A stretch of DNA of 64,000 nt, from assembly GCA_030867685.1 (NCBI GenBank), contig JAQOWU010000007.1, positions 2,046,001-2,110,000 on the forward strand, in the 5' to 3' direction. Numbering within the stretch: the stretch's first letter is position 1; each line of letters opens with the position of its first letter. Positions 11,301-20,870 of this stretch are shown in pieces. Source of the stretch: Wickerhamiella versatilis (lineage: Eukaryota). The translations under genes were made by a program, and so were the position numbers. The notes under the pieces are model-generated. The model did not search any database. It had not been told where the DNA came from and saw only the letters and a program-made list of their open reading frames with translations.

Positions 11301-12908
11301 TCACGACTTGTTGGTGCCAGGTACAGGGGGGCTCGATTTCGTGGGGGAGCCCGAGTTCGCATTTTGGATTGTGCTATGCTCCTGTTGAGTTGGTGTTGAT
11401 GAGAGCTGCATAAAACGAAGCCAATTTGGAGAGCTTGTTGGGTTATTGTTAGCTGCAGGTGGTCCTAAAGAAGGTGTCGCATTTTCATTAATTCCTGTGG
11501 CAAACCTCAATCCCTTTTCTGGTGTGAAAGCTTCTACAGAACGGACTGGGGTCTCCAATGGAGCCTCCGTAAGATCTGGAAAATCCTTCTCTGCATCTGG
11601 TTGCGCAGGTTCGGTCTCAGGTTCTCCACTCACGGTAAGTGACGGCATAGGGGCGCCATTACTGGTTGTATGCGAAGCTTCAGCCGTCGCCGCGGGGACA
11701 GTGAGATCAGTAGGACTTGATGCTTGTTGTTTGATATGGGCTTGGGGTACTTCTGGTGGATGCTCTGAATTACTGCGCTCTAAATGACGAGGGTTTGCGG
11801 TTGCGGTTGGAGTCGCAGATAATTTTAACGCATCTTCATCGGGGGTCCAGGGTTCTTGCTTTGCCAGCCGTCGTTTCACCGTACGCCTATAAGGCTTCCC
11901 TTGCTGGGCTTTTAGCATGAACTCCTCCTTAAAGCTCTCAACAATCTGCCATTTGGATCCTTTTCCCGGTTCGTTTTCTCGGCGTGGGACCTTTTCAAAC
12001 GCCTTGTTAAGACTAAGGTTGTGTCGAATGGAATTTTGCCACCCTGGCTTGGAAAACCGATAGAAGGCATAATGGGCACTTATCCAAGTATATATATCGG
12101 CCAGAGACATCATTTGCTCTGGAACACTCAAAATTGCTTGGGAAATCATTGTGGCATAGCTGTAGGGTGGCTTAATATCCTTGCACTCGTCCGCGCTCAA
12201 GTCCTGATCAAATATTCCTCCGAGTGATTGCGCAACCTGGGGCCGGGATACAATTGCCACCGGTCGGGGATACGCCGGTTCTTTCTGGGGTGGCTTTGCC
12301 ACAGGGCTAGATGCTTCTGCGGAAGTGGGCTCAGGTATGACTGGTGGGGGATGCAATACATGTGGAGATATACAGGGCGTTGCATCTGGCAGAACAAACA
12401 TCATCTGTACGCCACCAACATCCAATACATTGCCACTACCTAAAGGCAGGGTACCCGACCGATGATATGTCCTGTCTATGCGTACACCATTGCGGCCCAG
12501 AACCGTGAGTTCCCATCTTCGCAGATGAAGATTATAGCTTATCATCGCATGTTTTCGTGATACGACCTTGGACGGGGACAGATCAATGTCGACGAAATCG
12601 TCATGGTCGGCTGTAGTTCGTCCGAGTGTCACTTGGAGTTTTTGGACGTAATAGGTCCAGGACCTACCACTTAGCTTTGCGTAGGCCTGAACCTGTGCTT
12701 CAGCGGTACGAATATTAGCCCAGTCGGTCGCTACCTTCACATTCGGGTCTGGTAACGCGAGTGAGCATATCACCGAGTCAATGTCAACATCCGTTGAAGG
12801 AGTTTGAAGCGGGACGCGCGGTCCCATTACCATTCCATTAGATGGACGAGCTTTCTTTGAATCGTGCGCACCAGTGTCAACCTCCGCCGCGCGCTTCTGC
12901 GGTGACAT
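11301..12908 (-). CDS. Forkhead transcription factor with FHA domain (Fkh1/Fkh2 type)
   Basis: FHA domain (AYAKLSGRSWTYYV, VSRKHA, GRNG) plus forkhead domain (KPPYSYATMI, GWQNSIRHNLSLNKAF). First ATG is at 12908; the track start is a TTG. Confidence 0.94.
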   Translation of the reverse strand: MSPQKRAAEVDTGAHDSKKARPSNGMVMGPRVPLQTPSTDVDIDSVICSLALPDPNVKVATDWANIRTAEAQVQAYAKLSGRSWTYYVQKLQVTLGRTTADHDDFVDIDLSPSKVVSRKHAMISYNLHLRRWELTVLGRNGVRIDRTYHRSGTLPLGSGNVLDVGGVQMMFVLPDATPCISPHVLHPPPVIPEPTSAEASSPVAKPPQKEPAYPRPVAIVSRPQVAQSLGGIFDQDLSADECKDIKPPYSYATMISQAILSVPEQMMSLADIYTWISAHYAFYRFSKPGWQNSIRHNLSLNKAFEKVPRRENEPGKGSKWQIVESFKEEFMLKAQQGKPYRRTVKRRLAKQEPWTPDEDALKLSATPTATANPRHLERSNSEHPPEVPQAHIKQQASSPTDLTVPAATAEASHTTSNGAPMPSLTVSGEPETEPAQPDAEKDFPDLTEAPLETPVRSVEAFTPEKGLRFATGINENATPSLGPPAANNNPTSSPNWLRFMQLSSTPTQQEHSTIQNANSGSPTKSSPPVPGTNKS

Positions 12909-13624
12909 CCGGTCCTCCGCACTCAGTGTAAACAAACGTTCAATAAAGGGGCAATACGCTGATTAATCAGCGTCATCCAAATGTACGTATACCTGGATAG
13001 TTTTACGACAATTTGAATGGCTATTAGGCTTAAACTCCTCGATTGCAAAGATTGTGGAATTGAATATTATAAGATTCGTGAAGATATTGGACCTACTATT
13101 GTTAGTAACAGCACTAGCATGATGACCGCTTAGTTTGTATGAAACCCTAGCCTTGGTGATAATTTGTCTTCCAACAGGTGGCATTTATGGTCAATGGAAA
13201 AAATGAGAATCTACGTGGATAAACCTTCTTGAGGGCTCTTTTATATTTATTGCCCCAGGTAATATGTGCAAATTATGAGCCTCAGCCACTCAACACCTAT
13301 CTTAAGGTGAACTTTCTTTGTCATCATGATTTGCTGTTGAGCGTTGGAGACATCTTATTTAGCCAGCACGAAGAGTGAGGTCCCAAATTTGTTGTCTTTT
13401 ATAGAGTTTAATATATAGCATACTAATCTATACTAGAGAAAGCACATTACACTGCTGAGATAGCTGCAATTACGTAGAAAAAAACTTAAGTGAACCCCAA
13501 CCCAACCACGCCCGTAGTAGCAAATTTTTCAGCACGGTAATATATGAGTAACCAAGCGCAAGCCTGGTATATATTTGCTAAGTCCCACTCGAGATAATTT
13601 TACTTACGTACCTCTCGATTGCAA

Positions 13625-15181
13625 ATGGTAAGTGTCTACGACAGGTAAAGGCGCATGGGATGCTTGAAAGGGCATCTTAAGGATAACACAGTTAATACGG
13701 ACCGGTTCTCTTCATTTGTGGGCCGGTTTTCGCTGTGGACGTCTTGGTGAAAACTTTTTCATCTGCGCCTCCACCTTCGAAAGTCAACGCAGAAACTAAC
13801 ATAACAGGGTAAAGAGAAGACTCACATTAATCTCGTCGTTATTGGCCACGTCGATGCTGGCAAGTCGACCACCACTGGTCACCTGATCTATAAGTGTGGT
13901 GGTATTGACAAGCGTGTCATCGAGAAGTTCGAGAAGGAAGCCGAGGAGCTTGGTAAGGGCTCCTTCAAGTACGCCTGGGTACTTGACAAGTTGAAGGCCG
14001 AGCGTGAGCGTGGTATCACCATCGATATCGCTCTCTGGAAGTTCGAGACCCCTAAGTACTACGTCACCGTTATTGACGCCCCTGGCCACCGTGATTTCAT
14101 CAAGAACATGATCACTGGTACCTCGCAGGCCGACTGCGCTATCATGGTCATTGCCGCTGGTGTCGGTGAGTTCGAGGCTGGTATCTCTAAGGACGGTCAG
14201 ACCCGTGAGCACGCCCTTCTTTCATTCACCCTGGGTGTGCGCCAGTTGATTGTCGCCATCAACAAGATGGACGCCGTCAAGTGGAGCGAGGACCGTTACA
14301 ACGAGATTGTCAAGGAGACCTCCAACTTCATCAAGAAGGTCGGTTACAACCCCAAGGAGGTTCCTTTCGTCCCCATCTCTGGTTGGAACGGTGACAACAT
14401 GCTTGAGCCTGGTACCAACAGCCCCTGGTACAAGGGCTGGACCAAGGAGACCAAGCAGGGCTCTTACAAGGGTAAGACTCTCCTTGAGGCCATTGACGCC
14501 ATTGAGCCTCCTGTCCGTCCTACTGACAAGCCTCTTCGTCTTCCTCTTCAGGATGTTTACAAGATCGGTGGTATCGGAACTGTCCCTGTCGGCCGTGTCG
14601 AGACCGGTGTCATCAAGCCTGGTATGGTCGTCACTTTCGCCCCTGCCGGTGTGACCACTGAAGTTAAGTCCGTCGAGATGCACCACGAGTCGATCCCTGA
14701 GGGTCAGCCTGGTGACAACGTCGGCTTCAACGTCAAGAACGTCTCCGTCAAGGACATCCGTCGTGGTAACGTCTGCGGTGACTCCAAGAACGACCCCCCT
14801 CAGGAGTGCGCCAGCTTCACTGCCCAGGTGATTATCTTCAACCACCCTGGCCAGATCTCTGCTGGTTACTCTCCCGTTCTTGACTGCCACACCGCTCACA
14901 TTGCCTGCCGCTTCGGTGAGCTCCAGCAGAAGATCGACCGTCGTACTGGTAAGACCGTTGAAGAGAACCCCAAGTTCATCAAGGCTGGTGACGCCGCCAT
15001 CGTCAAGATGGTCCCCACCAAGCCTATGTGCGTTGAGACCTTCACCCAGTACCCCCCTCTTGGCCGTTTCGCCGTCCGTGACATGCGTGTCACTGTCGCC
15101 GTTGGTGTCATCAAGGGTGTCGACAAGACCTCTGGCTCTGCCAAGGTCACCAAGTCTGCTGCCAAGGCCTCCAAGAAATAA
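13625..15181 (+). CDS. TEF1: Translation elongation factor 1-alpha; exons 13625-13627 and 13808-15181
   Basis: Splicing ATG to GGT AAA GAG AAG ACT CAC restores [25 protein letters not shown]; the rest is canonical eEF1A. Confidence 0.98.
13628..13807 (+). other. Spliceosomal intron of TEF1 (180 nt), highly structured
   Basis: GTAAGT donor directly after the ATG, ACTAAC branch point at 13795-13800, CAG acceptor at 13805-13807; splicing restores the frame. Confidence 0.95.
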
Positions 15182-15272
15182 GCTAGTTAGTTCGTAGTTC
15201 TATATACATACAGCTTGCTTTTTTCGTAGTTATCGATGGATCCTTGTACCTGCATGTGCAGGATATGAGCAA

Positions 15273-15503
15273 TCAATCAGGGTCAAGGACCCTGCGCTTT
15301 TTTGCAGGGGTGGATGAACAGGGGGTATTATTACTGGATGGGTTGGGTTTTGTGGCTCTTGCAATTGACTCCAAAATTAGACCTCGAGTTGGTATTGAAG
15401 ATGAGGTCTCCCTAGCTCTATCTCTATCCAGCTTAGTGCGGTGAGTTTCTTTTTTTTTAAGCGGTATGTCATCCGGCCACTGCAGCATGTAATATTCTGT
15501 CAT
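15273..15503 (-). CDS. Possible small hypothetical protein (76 aa)
   Basis: ATG-started ORF convergent with TEF1, with NLS-like PAKKRR; no family recognised. Confidence 0.3.
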   Translation of the reverse strand: MTEYYMLQWPDDIPLKKKETHRTKLDRDRARETSSSIPTRGLILESIARATKPNPSSNNTPCSSTPAKKRRVLDPD

Positions 15504-15951
15504 TCTTTGTAATCAAGCTGCTTAATTCGCCATAGAGGATTTTTGTGGCCCCGTGATATAATCGAGGCAGCATATAGTGTAAATCTTCAAAAATGTTTTG
15601 ATATGTTCTTACTTGTATCCGGAGCTTTTACCCCGTCTTCCCCGGTGCCTTGTATAAACCGTACCCTTAACATGTCATCCACAAGAAATCCCAAACCTCG
15701 CAGATTTATACTAGCCACTCATATCGGTAGTCGCCAAGCTTTTGCGTCTCTTAGAAGTTAGCTGGGATTTGATACTAGAATATAAGTATTCCCGAAACCT
15801 TAAATATGTATATTCATACCGGATGTCGCATGTATAGTATCAATGAGATCCTCATCAATGAAAACCAAACCCGTGCGCATTCTGTGCGTATTTTATATCT
15901 CGATTGGATTTGCTTCTTTATGTAATTCAGATTTCGCTCGGCAAACCGTTC

Positions 15952-16830
15952 ATGCCATTCTGTAAATCTTTCACTGAGGGACAAGCACAGGAAGAGGTAG
16001 TGTCTATGAAGCTCGTTTCGGAGAGTAACGTCAGGTGTGAATGGGCAGGGTGTAAGTTTATTGGCAGTGGGAGCATGATCTACGACCATCTCGTTGAAGC
16101 GCACGTTACACGATGCACAGATAAGAAGGATAGATCCAGGAAGTTGTTTTGTAGATATGGCGATTGCAACGTTTGTGTGACGAAGCGCGATCATTTGACT
16201 TCGCATCTACGAATACATGTTGACTTTCGTCCCCATGCTTGTGGTATTTGCAAGCGTCGTTTCAAAAGGAAGCAGGATGTTCGCAAACACAGCAGGATAC
16301 ATGAGAAAGGATTGACGGAGAAAAGCTCTCGTGAATCGTCTCGTCCAATCGTTGCAAGCGACAACCTTCCCAAGGGCTCATTACTCAACTCAAAAATCAA
16401 TTACGATACGTACAGCAATAGTCTCCTCACTCCTCCAGAAAACTATGCAGGCATATATGGAACCCTGGTCGTTGATTCAGTTGATCTGCCTTCTCCACTG
16501 AACATTAAACTACCGGAAAATTCCCCAGTGTCACCCGGTGCATACAGTGCTCCCGTAGAGGACGCGGTTTCCCGCGGGGTGGGCTCTGTGAGTAAGGTTG
16601 ACTCTAATATAATTTACGAAACTAATGACGTCAAGAGTGGACCGATCGTACAGTTCGACACGTTTTTAAGTAGTGTGTCAAATATGTCAGAGATGGAGCA
16701 AGATATAGCATTGGAAGCCGAGCTTTACACACCCTATATGCTAGATACAATGTCGTACCTACCAATGACATACTCTTCACAGGAGAGAAGCCTGAATGAG
16801 GCGGTAGACTTCAACTTTCCATGGATGTAA
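15952..16830 (+). CDS. Three-finger C2H2 transcription factor, Rim101/PacC-like (short, divergent)
   Basis: CEWAGC...YDHLVEAHV, CRYGDC...KRDHLTSHLRIH, CGICKRRFKRKQDVRKH follow the PacC/Rim101 finger pattern. Start uncertain (first ATG 15952). Confidence 0.8.
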   Translation: MPFCKSFTEGQAQEEVVSMKLVSESNVRCEWAGCKFIGSGSMIYDHLVEAHVTRCTDKKDRSRKLFCRYGDCNVCVTKRDHLTSHLRIHVDFRPHACGICKRRFKRKQDVRKHSRIHEKGLTEKSSRESSRPIVASDNLPKGSLLNSKINYDTYSNSLLTPPENYAGIYGTLVVDSVDLPSPLNIKLPENSPVSPGAYSAPVEDAVSRGVGSVSKVDSNIIYETNDVKSGPIVQFDTFLSSVSNMSEMEQDIALEAELYTPYMLDTMSYLPMTYSSQERSLNEAVDFNFPWM

Positions 16831-17236
16831 TGCGTCAGACTCACTTTCGAGTTCTTTTTTGCATCAGGGAGAATATTTATACAGAAAGATTTTTCGTCAT
16901 TTCGCTAAGGCCTTGTCGACGCAGTATTATCTAGGGAAGTCGGATTGAAGGGTGGCTATCAAACGAAATCGAAATGATAAAAATTCTGAAAAAAATATCT
17001 CAAACACAAGCAAGGCGCTGTGCACAAGGAATTGCTTACTAACAATGAAGCACCCACCAATATGATAATAAGAATAGTAATAGAAGGCATATTCCTAATA
17101 GCATATATTGAGATGTTGTATATTATTTTTTTGAAAGAAAAACGGAGGAAATGGCAAGTTGTCCATATATTATCGACCTACCACGTCTTCTGCCACTGAT
17201 AGGCCAAGCCAGATCTTATCACATAATCAGTGCACT

Positions 17237-18394
17237 ATGGAAGTGGCTGAAGCGAGGAAGCTTGTGACAGGAAACAGAGTTAATGCACTCTTAGTGTTTG
17301 TTCCGCTAGGCGTACTTGTGGGCTACCTCGATCTAGGCTCGACTGTGGTCTTCACTGTAAACTTTCTGGCTATCATTCCACTAGCAGCGCTTCTCAGCGA
17401 TACAACGGAAGTCCTGGCTCAAAGTGTTGGCCCAACACTTGGTGGTTTGCTTAATGCGACTTTCGGAAATGTGGTGGAGCTAATTGTAGCTGTGGTGGCC
17501 CTGGTGCAGGGTGAGATCCGCATCGTCCAAACTTCTATGCTGGGCTCGATTTTTTCGAACCTGTTGCTTGTTTTGGGCTGCTCCTTCATCGCTGGAGGGA
17601 TAAACAGACTTCAACAAACTTTCAGTCAAACAGCAGCTCAGACAATGAGCAGTATGATGGTTGTTTCATGTATTTCAATGCTCATCCCAGCTGCTTTCAA
17701 CCTTTCAGTACCACCTGAGGATCACGAGAAAATCATCAGTGTAAGCCGCTGTACTTCAGTGCTTTTACTTGTGATATACGGACTTTTCCTGGTCTTCCAG
17801 CTTAAGACACATAGGGTATTTTTTGAAGGAGCGGAAGGTGAAGCAGACGAAGAAGAAGATTTGCCCAAAATTGGTCGTGAGACGTGTCTCGGTATTCTTG
17901 TAATCGTTACTTTGTGCGTATCTGCCTGCGCAGAGTACCTTGTGGACTCTATTGAAGGCGTAGTGAATTCAACAGGCTTGAGCAAGACGTTCATCGGGTT
18001 GATTGTGTTACCTATTGTGGGTAATGCCGCAGAGCACGTAACTGCTGTAATGATGGCCTTGAAGAACAAGCTTGATCTAACAATGAGTGTTGCTATTGGC
18101 TCATCCCTTCAGATTGCGCTATTCCTCACTCCATTCTTAGTGGTGCTGGGTTGGTTCATAGATCAGCCTATGTCGTTGTTCTTCCATACTTTTGAGACAG
18201 TGAGTCTTTTCTTGGCCGTTTTCCTTTCCAGTACCATCCTCCAGGATGGTGAGTCTAACTGGCTGGAGGGTGTAATGCTTGTAGGTCTCTATTTGATCAT
18301 TGCCATTGCATTCATCTATTTCCCGGATTCTGCCGAGAGCATGGGCAATTTTGCTGTGAAATCCAATCTCCAGAATGTTCTAGCAACGGCCTGA
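17237..18394 (+). CDS. VCX1: Vacuolar Ca2+/H+ exchanger
   Basis: GGLLNATFGNVVELI and LPIVGNAAEH alpha repeats, acidic loop, DGESNWLEG. The start could lie further upstream (see findings). Confidence 0.95.
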   Translation: MEVAEARKLVTGNRVNALLVFVPLGVLVGYLDLGSTVVFTVNFLAIIPLAALLSDTTEVLAQSVGPTLGGLLNATFGNVVELIVAVVALVQGEIRIVQTSMLGSIFSNLLLVLGCSFIAGGINRLQQTFSQTAAQTMSSMMVVSCISMLIPAAFNLSVPPEDHEKIISVSRCTSVLLLVIYGLFLVFQLKTHRVFFEGAEGEADEEEDLPKIGRETCLGILVIVTLCVSACAEYLVDSIEGVVNSTGLSKTFIGLIVLPIVGNAAEHVTAVMMALKNKLDLTMSVAIGSSLQIALFLTPFLVVLGWFIDQPMSLFFHTFETVSLFLAVFLSSTILQDGESNWLEGVMLVGLYLIIAIAFIYFPDSAESMGNFAVKSNLQNVLATA

Positions 18395-18490
18395 ATTATC
18401 TCTAGAGACACTATGAATCGTAGTAGTGGGAGACCACATTCTATTTTAAATGTACATTACATAACATTTTTTTCTTATACACCAGCCGAT

Positions 18491-18799
18491 ATGGGCCGAG
18501 TTAATGTGAGTGGGAAGCCTTGGAAGGGAGAGAAAACACCCATTCCTCCCCCTGTACATACTTCTTGGGAGCGTAAGCAGCGTGAGCGTCAGGCCCTTGA
18601 GCTCGTGAAGGCCAAAGAACGTGAAATGAAGGGTGAGAAAGAAGCTGCACGCCAACAAAAGATTGACCGCATTAAGCAACGTCGTGAGGCCCAAGCGGAG
18701 AAGGAACGCTACGAGAAAATGGCAGAGAAAATGCATCGCAAACGTGTGGAGCGGGTCAAGAGGCGGGAGAAGCGTAATAAGTTGTTGAAGGAGCGCTAG
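18491..18799 (+). CDS. CGR1: rRNA-processing protein Cgr1
   Basis: VSGKPWK, TSWE, EKERYEKMAEKMHRKRVER.KRREKRNKLLKER. Confidence 0.92.
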   Translation: MGRVNVSGKPWKGEKTPIPPPVHTSWERKQRERQALELVKAKEREMKGEKEAARQQKIDRIKQRREAQAEKERYEKMAEKMHRKRVERVKRREKRNKLLKER

Positions 18800-19055
18800 A
18801 ACACTGGGTGGTTAAAGAACTATTTATTGCGAGCTTGTTTTTTTGAACCTTTTAAAGCAGCTGAATATAATTTAAATAAACCACATTCATGCTATATCTA
18901 TCTATCTATATTGAGTCTCGGATCCCCATCAGAGCAAGCACCCTAGCGCTTCTGATGTGGTTGATTTAGGTACCATAAATTAGCCACTATTAGATAGAGT
19001 ACATGCAATTAAAGCAGCTCAATTAGTTATTCACGGTGAAGACAGTCAAATTTCA

Positions 19056-19715
19056 TTAATCAATGTTCCACCAAGCACATATAGCACAACACCATCCTTT
19101 CAGGAACATATAAGTTATTCGTGTACATCCCAAGCAACCAAGCTGCTCTATATTAGACGTACGTGGTAAATAAAGACAGACTCCAGCCATCTCATTTTCC
19201 TTGGCTTTTTGCAGGAAGCTGCTTGTAGCAGGGATGCATTTTTCTACGTCAAATATCTTGGAGGCTTTGTATGACGGTCCTCCCCACTCAGGGCTTGCAA
19301 AGAGCAAGGTACTCTTTGGCTCTAAGCACACAGCAGAATAGTCGATGGCAAGTGCATCACCTAGCTCAAACCAAATATCGCTTGAGCAATCATAAATACT
19401 AGCGTTAATCTGGGCACACTCAAAATTGTCCTCATTAATGTCCACATACATAGTGTGATACCCCGCAAGAGCAAAAGCTATAGTATTACCGCCAGCCCCA
19501 CCACACGCATCTATTACCGTGGTTACATCAGGAAAATATCTAGCTACAAGATTTGCCGTTTTCCTTGCAACTTTTTCTGGCGTCACACTATAAAGCATTT
19601 CATCTGACAGGCGGCATCCCCTGTCATACTTAGAGAATAGTTGTGTGCTTTTGCGTATCCATTTCCTCCGTTCCTTTTCGGAAAGATGTCCTCCTTGTTC
19701 AGCTAGAGGCGGCAT
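19056..19715 (-). CDS. TGS1: Trimethylguanosine synthase
   Basis: YSVTPEKVA, DACGGAGGNTIAFA (SAM binding), SPEWGGPSY, YLPRTSN. Confidence 0.92.
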   Translation of the reverse strand: MPPLAEQGGHLSEKERRKWIRKSTQLFSKYDRGCRLSDEMLYSVTPEKVARKTANLVARYFPDVTTVIDACGGAGGNTIAFALAGYHTMYVDINEDNFECAQINASIYDCSSDIWFELGDALAIDYSAVCLEPKSTLLFASPEWGGPSYKASKIFDVEKCIPATSSFLQKAKENEMAGVCLYLPRTSNIEQLGCLGCTRITYMFLKGWCCAICAWWNID

Positions 19716-19754
19716 ATACCTCAGAATTGAGGATGATGGACATTGACCTAACCC

Positions 19755-20045
19755 ATGCGGGCTGTGGAGCCGGATTGGACCTATGTCCGGCTGGAGGCCG
19801 CATCAGAGGCTCCGGATGCTATCACTTGGAGACTCGTCATCAATAATTTGTTGCAAAGATTTGCCGGTATCCATGGTGCGGCTTTGCAGACCGACCTGAT
19901 CGTATGGTCTTCGAACGACGCAGTTCTACGCTGCCCATATCCAGATTTATCTGTGGTGATGGGTGCTCTTAATGGCGAGGTAAATGGAACAGAGATAAGA
20001 GCAGTTGAATGCTCCCCTTTTCTGATGAATCTTTCTCGGCCGTAA
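19755..20045 (+). CDS. POP8: RNase P/MRP subunit Pop8-like
   Basis: 96 aa; DAITWRLVINNLLQRFAGIHG..D, VLRCPYPD, SPFLMNL follow the fungal Pop8 pattern. Confidence 0.7.
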   Translation: MRAVEPDWTYVRLEAASEAPDAITWRLVINNLLQRFAGIHGAALQTDLIVWSSNDAVLRCPYPDLSVVMGALNGEVNGTEIRAVECSPFLMNLSRP

Positions 20046-20350
20046 TATGACGATCAGAATACGGAGAAAAATTGGTTCTTTATTAGCAAGCTTATGGACT
20101 CTAATTAGTTGGCTTAAGAGAAATAGTGCACAATGATATTTTTTTGAATCAAGAAGACATTTCGATAACAGTATTGTTTGCAATTAAGATTTGTCTCTCC
20201 CATGGAGGAAGAAATAAAATAAATTAAATTGACTAGATAAACAATAGCATGGAAACACCAAGTGTTTATACTGACCACAAGAATTGAGGCTCATAAAATC
20301 ATTTTCCAAACATAGATCATTTTCATCGTAGGAGGCGCTTGACAAGATTG

Positions 20351-20833
20351 TCAAGACTTACAATGTGGCAGATTCCCATTAGTACTGCTGCGCGCCGCTG
20401 CGGTCTTTAAATCGCGTTTTTTCCTATTTCGATGCTTAGAGACCTTCTGGCTTGACATAACTGCCATCATTGGATCCTGAGAGCTCTTCAGCTTGTCATC
20501 CCTGGCTCGCCGTTCGCTTTTACGCACCTCTATATTCGCCTTGAGTTTCTCAGGCGTGACCGGCTTCTGTCCACTCAAATATACATCTTTTTCTGCTGAA
20601 CTAGGTTTCACATTTTTAGAGTCTCGATACATCCAGCCTAATTTCGAGTGTGGGTTCTCGGGTTGCTGAAGTCTACGGAGGTCATCAAGTTCTTTTTCTG
20701 CACGAATTTCGCGCTGGCGCTCTGCTATACGAAGCCGTTCTTCTATTTCATTCTTTTCGAGTTGACTAACTTTGGCTTGATTCCTTAAAGCACCCGGATG
20801 CCAGCTCTTCTTAGCATTGAGGTCTGAGGGCAT
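20351..20833 (-). CDS. CWC25: Pre-mRNA splicing factor Cwc25
   Basis: DLNAKKSWHP N-terminus, LGWMY, DPM. Confidence 0.9.
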   Translation of the reverse strand: MPSDLNAKKSWHPGALRNQAKVSQLEKNEIEERLRIAERQREIRAEKELDDLRRLQQPENPHSKLGWMYRDSKNVKPSSAEKDVYLSGQKPVTPEKLKANIEVRKSERRARDDKLKSSQDPMMAVMSSQKVSKHRNRKKRDLKTAAARSSTNGNLPHCKS

Positions 20834-20870
20834 GCTGCAGGACAGGATTATCTAAGCAAATTTCTGGTAG

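Noticed and set aside
13796-14899. Long antisense ORFs opposite TEF1 (also opposite STM1, RPL16, NDUFS2 and MLS1)
   Set aside because: Expected shadows of strong codon bias in highly expressed genes; no independent motifs.
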